Shown piece by piece: positions 13,310-25,980 of a stretch of DNA of 64,000 nucleotides. Position numbers and translations under genes: made by a program. Origin of the DNA: Amphiscolops sp. MND2022 (lineage: Eukaryota). How positions within the stretch are numbered: position 1 is the first letter of the stretch; each line of letters starts with the position of its first letter. The stretch covers positions 7,380,001 through 7,444,000 of the forward strand of contig OZ076409.1 of assembly GCA_964187785.1 (NCBI GenBank), read 5' to 3'. The notes under the pieces are model-generated. The model was given only the letters and a program-made list of their open reading frames with translations. It ran no database searches and was not told the origin of the DNA.

Positions 13310-14440
13310 TTGAGCTTGCTAATTGCATGTGTTAATTAGAAATCTGAAGGTTTTCGACATTTTTGATTCGATTTAATGCGATTCAGATTATACATACATG
13401 TCGAAATAAGTGTTTGATGCACTGTCAGTCGTGGAATCGGCAGGAAAAGACGCCCTCCGAGGCAACTTTCCACTGGAGGATGTAGACTTTGTTGCTTTCT
13501 CTTGGTCCTATACACAAACAGCAAACAATGCTAACCGCAGTCAACCAGAAAAAGATTGGAACCAGAGCCGCATGTGCGGTAAAGTAGTCGTAAATGGATC
13601 CAAACATTGGAAAACAAATTTAAAATGAATTGTTGTAAGGACAGTTTTTGAGAAAATCGAAGAAAGTCCAAAATTGGCCGTTTTTTGGTCATTTTGGGCT
13701 AATTTCGGCTATATTCTTCATATCCCAGTCATACAATTTTGATGTCATTGCGCACGCAGGAGGACCTTTGGGCGTAGATTGACACTGCTAAATTTTTATA
13801 CAGATCGTATCGAGAGTTTTTGAGGAAAAAAGTACGATTGCATAAGTAATAGAATATAAGTAATAAAAAATGGTTTTAGAAAGAGTTACCTGAGAGTTCT
13901 CTTTGTTCGTGTCTATCTGCGACAAAGACTTCATTTTCAGCAAACGATCTGGAATTCAAAAACTTTTGATGTTGCAAAATCTTTCAAAATTATCCAATAA
14001 AATACCTGGGAAAAATCTTGGAAAAAATTGAACGTTTCAACTCCTTTCAAGCTCTTAGTCAATGCAGCCACAGCCAATAACAAGAAAACCAATATTTTAT
14101 AGTTCAAGTTAGCCAGACAACAATATTCCAGTTGTATACAGGGAGACAAATACCTAGAAGTATCCGTCAACCTAAAAGCTGAAAAAGCTCAAGTATCAAA
14201 AAGCGTAAGATAGAATTTCAAACCATTTGTTCAAAATTGAAACTCACCTGAAAACTTATCATCACCAAAATATAATCTCAATCGGTGGCATTAAATGTCT
14301 CCAATCAGGCAGCATGCAGTTTTTAAAAGTATTCCCACAAAATTGTCTTTCTCTATTTCACCATTCTCCCAACCTAGATATTACCCCCACATTTGCTCGT
14401 TTTCGAGAAAGTTTTAATCTCCTGTTTGTGTTCTACTCAC

Positions 14441-14603
14441 TTTCGAGGAGGCTGTCAGAAGATGTCTTGCTAAGATCGGAAGATGTGCGAGAACTCAGTT
14501 TCCGAGAATCCTTCCTCAACTTTTGATCAGACTTCTTTCTGGGAGGTTCCAGCTTCCTGGATTCTGGAGCTAGTTGCTCTGGCCCCTGAAATCGTTGCAT
14601 TTG
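14441..14603 (-). CDS. Putative host-gene exon
   Basis: cctag acceptor, gtgagt donor, 163 nt open in phase 0->1, compatible with the 17009-17187 exon. Confidence 0.6.
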
Positions 14604-14664
14604 CTAGGTATGAAAGTACACAATTTCATGTCTTTAGTTTAACTGCATTGTATTCCTTGACTGT

Positions 14665-15395
14665 AAAAACGGGAGCGGGACAAAACAGTCGATTTTCAAA
14701 ACAGTACAAAATTGCCGATTGGTAAAAATAAAGAAGTATTTTCGCCGATTTTGTCAATGTGTGAAATTAGCAGTCAAAAAAATTATTATTCTAACGTAGT
14801 CCGCTATTTTCACATACACCTAGTGTCCTAAATGCAGGAGCGGAGCGACGTGCCATATGGCCATGCCTCAATGTTGCTACTTGACGAAGGGAGCGAAGCG
14901 ACCGAGCCATACAACAAATATACTAACCTCTTAAATAAATCAAGTTTCATGCATATTGGCTATAACAGCACTCATTTTGTTCCATTTTGAAAATCGGCTG
15001 TTTTGTTCCGTTTTGAAAATCGGCTCTTTTGTCTCGTTTTGAAAATCGGCTGTTTTGTCCCGTTTCAAAATCGGCTGTTTTGTCTCGTTTTGAAAATCGG
15101 CTGTTTTATCTCGTTTTAAAATCGGCTGTTTTGTCTCGTTTTCAAAATCGGCTGTTTTGTCTCGTTTTAAAATGGGCTGTTTTGTCCCGTTTTGAAAATC
15201 GGCTGTTTTGTCTCGTTTTGAAATTCGGCTGTTTTGTCTCGTTTAAAATTGGCTGTTTTGTTTCGTTTTAAAATTGGCTGTTTTGTCTCGTTTTGAAATT
15301 CGGCTGTTTTGTCTCGTTTTAAAATTGGCTGTTTTGTTTCGTTTTGAAAATCGCTTGTTTTGTCTCGTTTTAAAATCGGCTGTTTTCTCCTGCAT
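14665..15395. repeat. Foldback-like element with ~29-30 bp tandem array
   Basis: About 14 units of TTTTGAAAATCGGCTGTTTTGTCTCG at 14975-15390, with inverted copies at 14665-14725. Confidence 0.75.
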
Positions 15396-16399
15396 CCCGT
15401 ACAAACATTGCAACTAAATACAAAAAAGTACACCGGTAAAAAAGTTTTTTTATTAATTTTTAAGATCAAAAGTTTGTTAACGAAAAAACTTGAACAAGCC
15501 GAGCACAGCTCGAAGTCAGTGCAAAAAATTCGAACTCCGTCTTAGGAAATAAAATGAGTGGTTGTAATAGAAAGAAAGAGGAAAGAAAAGCAGCATTCAT
15601 TTCATGGCCATTGTTAGTTTAGTTCACGGCACTACTTTCAAATTCATGGATAAACATGGATAATTTCAAATTAAATTTGAATCCTGGATAATCATCCATG
15701 ATGATTTTCATTACATTCTTCCCAAGATGAAAACATTCAAATTCATGGCTACGGTGACAATCTATGAATCATTGATGAAGATAGTAGACAGAAAGCTACA
15801 TGTTTTGTTAATCGCGAAAATGTTCAGCAAGTTTGCGATAATTTCGGCAACAACTCATAAGGAGTGCTTAACTCGAATGAGTTTTGATACAAACTTTGGT
15901 ATATACTAAAGTCATCATCCTATAAATTTAAAACGCCAGATAAGTAGATTTCTCCGAAATGCGCCGGCTAAAAACGGCAATGTCTGCCCCTAGTCTGCTG
16001 CTTCTCTCGAGTTCTTATCTTCCCCACCACCAAACTTTTATGGAAATTAGTGGAAAAAATTATAACAAAATATGTCCCTTTTACCTTTCTTGCTAAATTC
16101 TCCGGATATTTTCTTCAAACTGAGAAAATGTTTTGGTTACATTGGTTTCCTGAAGTTTCTAAATTAAAAAAACTAAGCTCCCCGATTAAATGGAGTAGTC
16201 GCCGAACAAGCCGTTCTGCTTTTCTAAGTCGGCGCCCTTTATGTTACTACTATCTCTCCCTAGCAAGCTACGGTGCCATATTTGCAGCCAAGTGGTCAAA
16301 CAATAGTCGGCTGGAAGCTGAAGTTTCAAAGTGACTTGCTCAAAGTTACAAAGGTCTGACTGCTCATCGTTGTTCTTTTTGTTTTTGTAATTGATCACA

Positions 16400-16512
16400 C
16401 CACTAAGCTCAGGATGAAGGACTTGCTCAAGCCCCAACAATGATGCATTGAGAGAGGTTCGAACCTGACACTGCTCCTCGATGCCCTTACCACTACACCA
16501 TGCTTCTCTCCC
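16400..16512 (-). repeat. tRNA-derived SINE head
   Basis: A-box-like TGGTGTAGTGGTAA and B-box GGTTCGAACC on the minus strand; no intact cloverleaf. Confidence 0.55.
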
Positions 16513-17008
16513 TGTCATTTCTTAAAATTTGAACTGTGTATGCTACAAACCTGATTTTACTCGTTCAGCTCTGCGAGAGAGTATCTGTCGTTTGAGTAAA
16601 AACTTGGAAGACAAAATACGGAAAGAAATCCACTGAGAGGTTGATTGATGTTCATTTCTTGTATGCAATATCAATGAAAACTGTCAAAAAGAAACTGTCA
16701 TTGCATCGTTTAGTTTGTTTATTTCGGTTTTGCCAAATATTGCAAATATATTTACCTACGTTACATACGTTTTTTCTTCATTACGAGACACATCCCGATA
16801 AATGGGTTTCACTGAGGCAGCGTAATCTGTTCATCGCTGAAAATCGTCATTCAGCGTAAGTCAGTCAAGACGGTCTATGCCTGGATGGTGTAGCTGTGTC
16901 AACGTGCGTAATGGAAAATAGTGAAGTTCACATAACCACCTTTTTTCCCATTGCGGAATCAAGAAGAATTTTACAATTCAGGAAAAAGTCATAAAACTGT
17001 GGACATAC

Positions 17009-17187
17009 TTGATGCAGTTCTGTTTCTGATTTCCAGGAACTTGGAAGTGTCTGCATCGTGGAATCAAGACCCTTTCCATTGCCTTCTCCTTCACTTGTCG
17101 ACATCTTTTCTCGCAACGAGCATCGACTGTGTGAAAGTGATACCACCGTTCCAGTGGAAGACTTCTTCAAGGTCTTGTATGTGGTAT
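17009..17187 (-). CDS. Putative host-gene exon
   Basis: ctcttctccag acceptor, gtatgt donor, phase 1->0, open (TTYKTLKKSSTG...ELHQ). Confidence 0.65.
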
Positions 17188-17204
17188 CTGGAGAAGAGCA
17201 AAGG

Positions 17205-17800
17205 GCATATCGACATCTCATATCAGGCGACAACTCATATCAAATCAAAAAAGTCACTACTCATATCAACCGGGAAAAGCGACATGTTATATCAGGTTTG
17301 CCTTTAGGCTTGAGCATTAAGCATCTCTAATCGCAGTTAATTCTAAATGTTTTTGAAGTTTATTTCAGGTGTTTTAATTAAGTATTTTCAATTCAGGTAT
17401 TTAATTAAATACATGAATTAAAAATACCTAATTACAAATACCTGAATTAATCTTCAAAAACATTTAGAATTAACTACGATTAGAGATTCCAACGTTTATT
17501 TAGATAAACTTCTCATTTTATACGCTATATTAAAGATTATTTTCTCTACACCATGATTATCCATGACACTGGATTTATAATTTCTAAATATTTGCTCAAC
17601 TAATTATCGCTAAATATTTTAATAAAATATTTAAAATGATTATTTTGATTTTTTAAACAGGATTTAATTCTCTAAAAACAGTTCTGATTGATAAAAGTTG
17701 TCGCTTGATACGAGTTGTCGCTTCTTCAATTTGCTATGAGTTGTCGCCTGGAATGAGGTGTCGCCTGATATGACTTGTCGCTTGATTTGAGTTGCCACCG
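17205..17800. mobile_element. Foldback/MITE with GCGACAACTCATATCA subterminal repeats
   Basis: Direct units at 17209-17296 and inverted units at 17687-17797; inner palindrome at 17326-17487. Same family as 39574-40000. Confidence 0.7.
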
Positions 17801-18254
17801 TACACGAAAGAGAACGCAACAAAAATGTTTCAGAAAGATATAAGAAACAGTTGATTTTTTCACGCGTCAAATGCTCCGCAATCGCTCGGTAAAAACCAAA
17901 GTTAGTTGTTACTTGCGCTTAGGTTGTAGTCGTGCTCTATTAACCCAAAACAAACACCTCTACTGGAGCTCAAATGTAAAACCAAAAATCTCGCATTCAA
18001 TGAACGAAATTTCGATAAAGATAAGAACCTAAGATATAAGTAAAATTGAGACATCTCATTGATTCTATTACGCAAAACTTCTAGGTTAAAAACATGAAAG
18101 TTGGTTTTGAAGAAAATGTTGAAGTTCATTTTTTGACCTGAATAAGACATCAAAACTACTCTTCATTTGAAGTAGCAATGCAGGTCGCTTGAAATGTTCT
18201 ACAAGGCGGCCAAGTTGAAAACTAGATCTAAGAATTGGTCAACAAGATCTTTAA

Positions 18255-19075
18255 CCCTAAATGGACCATTGGTACGATTTCGTACCAGTTACTTTCTGCA
18301 AACTTCTAAACCCACCAGCTGACCATATGGTAACAAAAACTCTTGAATTTGATTTTCAGACGATATTACACAGCATTGGACGTCTTTTCACGGAATATTG
18401 ACATGAGGTCTCCAAACCCAAGTAAACGGGGCCAAAAAATCAAAAAAAATGTACGCAGATTTTCAGTTTTTACAGTTTTTGTTTTTGGCGACTTTATCCA
18501 ACTGGTATGAAGATTGGGTCGAAGTGGATCTAGCATGTTTTCAAACATGCTGAAATGCAGTCAGAGACACGAAGCGTGCTAAGTTTTGGCGCAAAGTCCT
18601 AGGCCAGTCCAGATTGATTTGAAAGCCCTGATTCTCTTCTTTCAAACGCGCTATAAATCGTTTGTCGGACTTCAATAGTTTAGGAGATATTGCGGTTAAA
18701 AGTTTAAGCACAAGATTTGTGGAACGATCTAGAAACGTTTCTCAGATCCCAGTTATTAGGAATTTGATGGGATTGCACAATAGGACCCTGATATGGTATA
18801 GAATGACTGTAGAAAGTTTCTTTCGAATCGTATGGGCAGTTTTGAGAAAATAAAAAAAAGTCCAAAAATGGCCGTTTTTCAGTGACTTGGGCTAATTTTG
18901 GCCATGTTTCTCAGATCTCAGTCATACGATTTTGGGGCGCACGCAGGAGCACCGTTGGGTGTAAAATGACTGTGCAAAATTTTATGAAAATCGTACGGAC
19001 AGTTTTTGATGAATTTGAAACTTTTATTGAAAGGTCGGGAGAAAAGAATTTTTTTCGACTCCTAAAAAGCGATGA
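18255..19075. mobile_element. Rearranged relative of the piggyBac-like MITE
   Basis: Starts TTAA|CCCTAAATGGACC. 18480-18720 is the reverse complement of ~12200-12450, while 18800-19070 matches 12630-13120 directly. Confidence 0.65.
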
Positions 19076-19989
19076 TTTTTCTTTGTCTGTTCGCTCGTAC
19101 GTATAAAGTGATGATTAGCACCAAAAGCGCTTGTGCTCTCCAAAAAAGCTAAGACCCAAAAAATTAAGACAGTTGATTTGACTAACGACACTTTTCAAAG
19201 TGCAATATCCTTCAATATATTGATATTATTAAAATAGTCTCAGCAGCAAAAGTCTCTCAAATTGTGATCAGAATTACAACGGTACAGTTTTGGTAGCCTA
19301 GCCTATCCTCAATGGAAAACCAACGAAGCAAGACTGTGCCCTGCAAAACTTGAAAAATTCTTCGCAAGAAAAAGTTTCTGAGCTAGATAAGGTCCGCGCT
19401 TATTGTGGGTTTTGCGTTACCAACATCGAACACGGCAGATGAACAGGAATTGCAAAATTATTTACGTTTTATGCGTACTTTCTCGTTTTCAAATGCCAGA
19501 AATTCTGAAATTTAGTTCATCAAAAAGGTCCCGAAAACGCTTTGAATAGTGTCAAAAATCGTGACACCAAAACGACAAAAGGTACCGAAAGATATTTTTT
19601 CTGATTATACGATTCTGTTATAATTTGAAATCGAAAAGAGTGTCAGTCAAATCCAATTTTAGGAATCGGAAACAATTTTCGACTACCAATGCAGTCGTAC
19701 CTTTTTTCTACCGACCTTTCAATGAAAATCTCAATTTTCTAAAATTGTCCATACAATTTTTCATCAAATTTAGCACAGTCATTGTATCCAAAGGTGCTCC
19801 TACGTGTACCATTACATTAAAATCGTATGAATGGCATCTGAAAAACATGGCCAAAATTAGTTCAAAATGACCAAGTGACAGTAAAGTAAGTCATTAGTTT
19901 TTGAATATTTTAATCCGTTTCCGACACTTTTATAGCACATGCGGTTTTCCTTGAAGGCTGACAGGTATGAGAAGTGTGAAGGTTCTTAC

Positions 19990-20173
19990 GGCTTGAGAAA
20001 GAGATGGATCCCTCTGAATCCATTCTGACACCCCCTCTCTTCTGGACTGGCTCGGCTGAGATGGACACCTGGATGTCATCAGCACTGGCGACACCCGGCG
20101 GCAACTGCAGGTCCAGATGGGTTTGAGGGGTCCGCTTCGTAACTTCCACAAATTCCCCATTGTTTCCAGGGTA
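19990..20173 (-). CDS. Putative host-gene exon, second half of an FN3-like domain
   Basis: ttgcag acceptor, gtaag donor, phase 0->1; YPGNNGEFVEV...LQLPPG...IQVSISA. Confidence 0.7.
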
Positions 20174-20327
20174 CTGCAATACAAGGGATATTTCTGCTGA
20201 TGAAAATAGTTTTTATTTTCCGCCCAATCATAATGGGGGAGGAAAATCATATTCTGTGTTGCGTTTTTTTCCCAAATTCTGCCAAATCTCCACAATCTCC
20301 ATCTTCACTTGACTATTTTGTAAATTC

Positions 20328-20450
20328 TAGTCACCATGGCACAGTTGGTAGTGCGTCTGCCTGACAGACACGAGGTCGTGGGTTCGTACCCGTGCTGATT
20401 CGTTACATTTTTAGCGGAGGATGTCCCGGTGCTTAACGGGCGTCTTGTTT
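20328..20450 (+). repeat. tRNA-derived SINE
   Basis: TGGCACAGTTGGTAG A-box and GGTTCGTACCC B-box; related inverted copy at ~62295-62381. Confidence 0.6.
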
Positions 20451-20546
20451 CATATTGATTTGAGAAGCCGATGTTACTAATATCGTATCTTGCTTCGAAA
20501 TTTTAGGCGTTTTTTTACCTTCGTCAAATTTAGCAACGTCGTGAAA

Positions 20547-21030
20547 AACAAGCCGAGAACGGCATAAGTCGGCGCTATGCCTAAGGCTCAAAAAGCGGAA
20601 TTTTATAAAATATGCTCAGGACGTTTTTCATGAACAAACTCACAAAAAAGCTTTCGAAGCACTTTCGAAAACTCAAATGACCGAACTAGCCGCGAGTACC
20701 CACTGGAGCGGACCCCTGGCGCGCTAAAAATGGGTTTGCGCGCTTTCGGTTTTTTAACATCCATTCTGTTGCAAAGTATCAAAAGAAATTAAGGGTGACC
20801 CTTTGGAGACATTAAAACAAGTCTCAAAACGCCAAAAAAACTGAAAGGGGGACCCTTTAGTCTCGCCCGCTATTGTATGTTATGCTGAAAAAAACAACTT
20901 TTATAGTTCAGGTCCTTGAGCGGAATGGTCCAATTTGACACCTTATAATTTCGCAGATCTTTGTAGAACTATTTAGGTCAGTTCGTGTGGATTGAAAAAA
21001 AAGTCACTAGTATAGTCGCGTGTCACTTGA
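20547..21030 (+). repeat. Dispersed repeat family (AACAAGCCGGGAACGGCATAAGTCGGCGCCATATCTAAGGCTCAA ... AAGCGCCGACTAAAA)
   Basis: Related copies at ~21280-22102 (+), 23246-23667 (-), 26941-27460 (-), 62400-62852 (+) and 63878-64000 (+). Confidence 0.75.
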
Positions 21031-22132
21031 AATTAGATTATGCAAGAAACTCTAAGCCAATAGAGAGAATGTGTTACTTCGTGAATACTGTTTCTATCCC
21101 AAAAAAACACTAAGGTTGAAAGATTTTGACAAATTCAATTTTTAAAATCCCGAAAACAAGTATAAGCTTCTTGACAATGAGACATCTCTTCATGCGTATG
21201 AGACAGCTTTTCATGCTCGCATGACGAAAAAAAAACATAAAGTTGATCAACGTCGCTAGTAAGTTCACGAACTATGCTTAACAAGATGGGAACGTCTAAA
21301 GTCGGCGCCATATCTAAGTTTCAAAAAGCGCAAAGTTTTAAAAATATGCCCAGGACGATTTTATGAATAATGCAGAAAACAATTCCGACACACCCAAAGA
21401 GTGCCTTTCATGCTCGATAAGACTCGGGAACTACTTTTTGACGGTCTTAAAAAAAATAAAATTCGGATATAATGTGCTTGTACACTGAGAAATCCAAATT
21501 TTAAGACGAAAATTATTCATTGTGGAAAATCTCACAATTCCCAAAGTTGTGAAAGGGATGATCCCTTTGGATTTTTGAAAATTCAGTTTGTTGCAAAAAT
21601 ATCAAAAAATGAAAAGGGGAGACATCAAAAAATTTTCGTAAAAAAGTCGCACAGTGCTTTAAAAAATGGTGACAGGGGGACTCATTCAGACTCGACCGGT
21701 TCCGCAAATGCACGAAAACGTTTCTGGTTTCACGAAAAAGTTTCTGAAGCGGGGACTTAAACCCGCAACCGCTGGGTTCCCTCTAAACCGATTAAAGCTG
21801 CACTAAAAAGTGGTATCTAATGTGTGAGCTCTGTGGTCTGACGAAAAAACTAGTCACTGAAAAAAGCGGAGGGGAAAGTCTCATAGGGCCAAAAATTGGA
21901 AAGGGGGACCCTTCTGCTCTGCAATGGTTTTGTATTTCATGTTAGAGGCTTTGGATGCGTTCCAAACCAAGTACTAAGTACTTCTGGTAAACGTGTACAG
22001 TGCACAAAAAGAGGTACATACAGGGTGAATTCTGTGGTCTGGGGTAAAAACTAGCCACTGTAATAGTCGGGCACCTTTCACTAGAAAAGCGCCGACTAAA
22101 AATACACAATTCGATTATGGATTATTACCAAC

Positions 22133-22324
22133 CTTGATTTTGACTCGGTAGAGATACTTTTGACCAGCACTGGACTCAGAATGAACTATCGCGTCGCTGC
22201 TGGAACAACTGACCCAGTCTATGCTCAGGTGGCCCCGCTCGCCATCATAAGTTATTTCAATGTTTTCTGGACTCACGCTTTTCTTCACAGCTGAAACAGT
22301 TTTTGTCTCTGAAAATTCCATGAA
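22133..22324 (-). CDS. Putative host-gene exon, first half of an FN3-like domain
   Basis: 192 nt ending at a gttggt donor; SPENIEI...LSIDW...YRVKIK. Joins the 19990-20173 exon in frame. Confidence 0.65.
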
Positions 22325-24114
22325 CTGACTCTCGATTTTAGTATCTTTTAACCAGCTGAAAGTTAATTCCTAATTCGTGACCAACTGAAAAATAAAGAAA
22401 TTCTATCATTACGATACATACGCCGGAAAAGTGGAACCTATCATTAAGTGTGAAGTGTTTTTGTCCGTAAAACGAGAGCGAACCGTATCGTGTAATACGA
22501 AATTGTGATCATCGAGCGTAATTAGAGAAAAGTGGAAACAAGTCAATAATTTTCAACCTAAAATTGGCTCAATTCCGTATCTTTAATAAAACGTTAACGC
22601 ATATATTGTGTAATGATTGGGATCATATTATAACTAGGTGTATGTTGGAAATTAAGCAAAAGGAATATTATCATGATTGTCTGATCTGCTTTCTGCTAAA
22701 CTTCTATTATGCCTTTCTTCATTTCATGTGGACAACCAATTTAGACACAACTTCAAGCAAATTGAACTACAGCAATAACTTAGTTCAAATTGATCAGAAC
22801 TCCAACCAAGTTCGACAAACTTCAAGTGAATTATCAATTCTTTGAATAGATACATTTTAGTCATATATCGGTTCTTTTGATGCTTGCCATGCTTGAAACC
22901 GCTAATTTGAAGCGGAAATTGGATGAAAAACCGACCAAACTTGGTCTGTCCAATTTGCTTGAAGTCTCATCAAACTGCTTGAAGTTTTTTCATTTGAAAG
23001 AAGATTGTCTAACTTTCTTGAAGTTTTGACGAATAAGAATGAAAAGAAGGTATATTAACTTATTACTGTATTTATAAGTCAAAGTTGGTACTTTAAAAAG
23101 TACAAACCAACATGTAGATAGCATGTGACCACTGACTGCCAGCTCTTCTACCATCCTCTGATAGGCCGACTCGATCTCAGCCCCTTTCAAATCATTCCTC
23201 TGTTCTTTCTTCATATTGCTCTTCTCTCGGCTCAAACTTTCCCTTTTTAGTCGGCGCTTCATGAAGTGAAACGCGACTATTATAGTGACTCTTTTTAAAT
23301 TTTTTTTTCAATCCACATGAACTGACCAAAATAGTTCTTAAAAGTTCTTCGAAATTTTATGGTGTCAAATTGAACCATTTGGCCTAGCGAACTGAACTAA
23401 AAACGTTTTTCCTCTTTTTCGGCGTAACATACAATACCGGGAGAGAATAAAGGGTCCCCTTTTCAGTTTTTTCGGCATTGTGAGACTTTTTTCATTTTTT
23501 TTGGATGTTAAAAAATCCAAACGGGTCCCCCTTTTAGCGCGCTAGCGGCCCCCGGTTTGCCAATTCGGCCCAACTTTCGTACTGTAAAAGAATACTTGAG
23601 ACTTTGACGGCTTTTGCTATTCTTGAGCCTTAGATATGGCGCCGACTTATGCCGTTCCCGGCTTGTTGCCCCTTCCTTTGGTTCCGATTTCTTCTTGCCT
23701 CCGACTGGCGACTTCGTTTCTACTTTCACTTTCTTTTCATCAGTCACAGGTTCTTAAAAAATACAAAAGTTTAATGTCATCTTTTTTCTATCATATCTGT
23801 TTTATTTTGGTTTCGAACTTGTAAACACACATCAATAGTTTTCCTTAGAAATGGTACCATTTGTTGCTTTCATAAATTTTGGATTGATAAGCTGCACTTT
23901 CCCACATCATTTCCTTAAATTGAACGATGCAACTTTGGAAAGAATTTTGTAAAAAATTAATGCATCTTTTGAATCGTTTTCAGCTGGAGTTTGCAAATCT
24001 TACAAGAATCTTGAAACGTTAGTGTCATATAATGCATTTTCTAACAAGATATTACAGAATTAGATGAAAGGACTTTGCAAGAAAATCTATAATTTTTATC
24101 TATGATCAGAATGT

Positions 24115-25980
24115 AGACTGGCCATGGATGGAGAGCCAGACTGGTATGGATGGAAAACCAGACTGGCCATGGATGGAGAGCCAGACTGGAATGGATGGAA
24201 AACCAGACTGGCCATGGATGGAGAGCCAGACTGGCATGGATGGAAAACCAGGCTGGCCATGGATGGAGAGCCAGACTGGAATGGATGGAAAACCAGACTG
24301 GCCATGGAGGGAGAGCCAGACTGGCATGGATGGAAAACCAGGCTGGCCATGGATGGAGAGCCAGACTGGAATGGATGGAAAACCAGGCTGGCCATGGATG
24401 GAGAGCCAGACTGGAATGGATGGAAAACCAGACTGGCCATGGATGGAGAGCCAGACTGGTATGGATGGAAAACCAGGCTGGCCATGGAGGGAGAGCCAGA
24501 CTGGTATGGATGGAAAACCAGGCTGGCCATGGAGGGAGAGCCAGACTGGCATGGATGGAAAACCAGGCTGGCCATGGAGGGAGAGCCAGACTGGAATGGA
24601 TGGAAAACCAGGCTGGCCATGGATGGAGAGCCAGACTGGAATGGATGGAAAACCAGACTGGCCATGGATGGAGAGCCAGACTGGAATGGATGGAAAACCA
24701 GGCTGGCCATGGAGGGAGAGCCAGACTGGTATGGATGGAAAACCAGGCTGGCCATGGAGGGAGAGCCAGACTGGCATGGATGGAAAACCAGGCTGGCCAT
24801 GGATGGAGAGCCAGACTGGAATGGATGGAAAACCAGACTGGCCATGGATGGAGAGCCAGACTGGAATGGATGGAAAACCAGGCTGGCCATGGAGGGAGAG
24901 CCAGACTGGTATGGATGGAAAACCAGGCTGGCCATGGAGGGAGAGCCAGACTGGCATGGATGGAAAACCAGGCTGGCCATGGAGGGAGAGCCAGACTGGA
25001 ATGGATGGAAAACCAGGCTGGCCATGGATGGAGAGCCAGACTGGCATGGATGGAAAACCAGACTGGCCATGGATGGAGAGCCAGACTGGAATGGATGGAA
25101 AACCAGACTGGCCATGGAGGGAGAGCCAGACTGGTATGGATGGAAAACCAGGCTGGCCATGGAGGGAGAGCCAGACTGGCATGGATGGAAAACCAGACTG
25201 GCCATGGATGGAGAGCCAGACTGGTATGGATGGAAAACCAGGCTGGCCATGGAGGGAGAGCCAGACTGGTATGGATGGAAAACCAGACTGGCCATGGATG
25301 GAGAGCCAGACTGGAATGGATGGAAAACCAGACTGGCCATGGATGGAGAGCCAGACTGGTATGGATGGAAAACCAGGCTGGCCATGGAGGGAGAGCCAGA
25401 CTGGTATGGATGGAAAACCAGACTGGCCATGGATGGAGAGCCAGACTGGAATGGATGGAAAACCAGACTGGCCATGGATGGAGAGCCAGACTGGCATGGA
25501 TGGAAAACCAGGCTGGCCATGGATGGAGAGCCAGACTGGTATGGATGGAAGACCAGACTGGGTATGGATGGAAAACCAGACTGGCCATGGATGGAAAACC
25601 AGACTGGCCATGGATGGAGAGCCAGACTGGTATGGATGGAAAACCAGACTGGCCATGGATGGAGAGCCAGACTGGAATGGATGGAAAACCAGACTGGGTA
25701 TGGATGGAAAACCAGACTGGCCATGGATGGAGAGCCAGACTGGTATGGATGGAAGACCAGACTGGGTATGGATGGAGAGCCAGACTGGTATGGATGGAAA
25801 ACCAGACTGGCCATGGATGGAGAGCCAGACTGGAATGGATGGAAAACCAGACTGGCCATGGATGGAGAGCCAGACTGGTATGGATGGAAAACCAGGCTGG
25901 CCATGGATGGAGAGCCAGACTGGTATGGATGGAAGACCAGACTGTCCATGGATGGAAAACCAGACTGGCCATGGATGGAA
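24115..25980. repeat. 45-bp minisatellite (~41 units; two related 22/23-bp half-units)
   Basis: Unit GACTGGCCATGGA(T/G)GGAGAGCCAGACTGG(A/T/C)ATGGATGGAAAACCA; half-unit slips after 25550. Confidence 0.97.

Noticed and set aside
12274..13328. Repeated ORFs MASKSYGWDVRN...
   Set aside because: They are translations of MITE internal tandem repeats.
16186..16518. 110-aa ORF as a host exon
   Set aside because: It overlaps a tRNA-derived SINE head and is not needed for phase continuity of the flanking exons.
20337..20400. Functional tRNA gene
   Set aside because: A/B boxes are present, but the acceptor stem is poor and diverged copies with shared tails occur elsewhere, which indicates a SINE.
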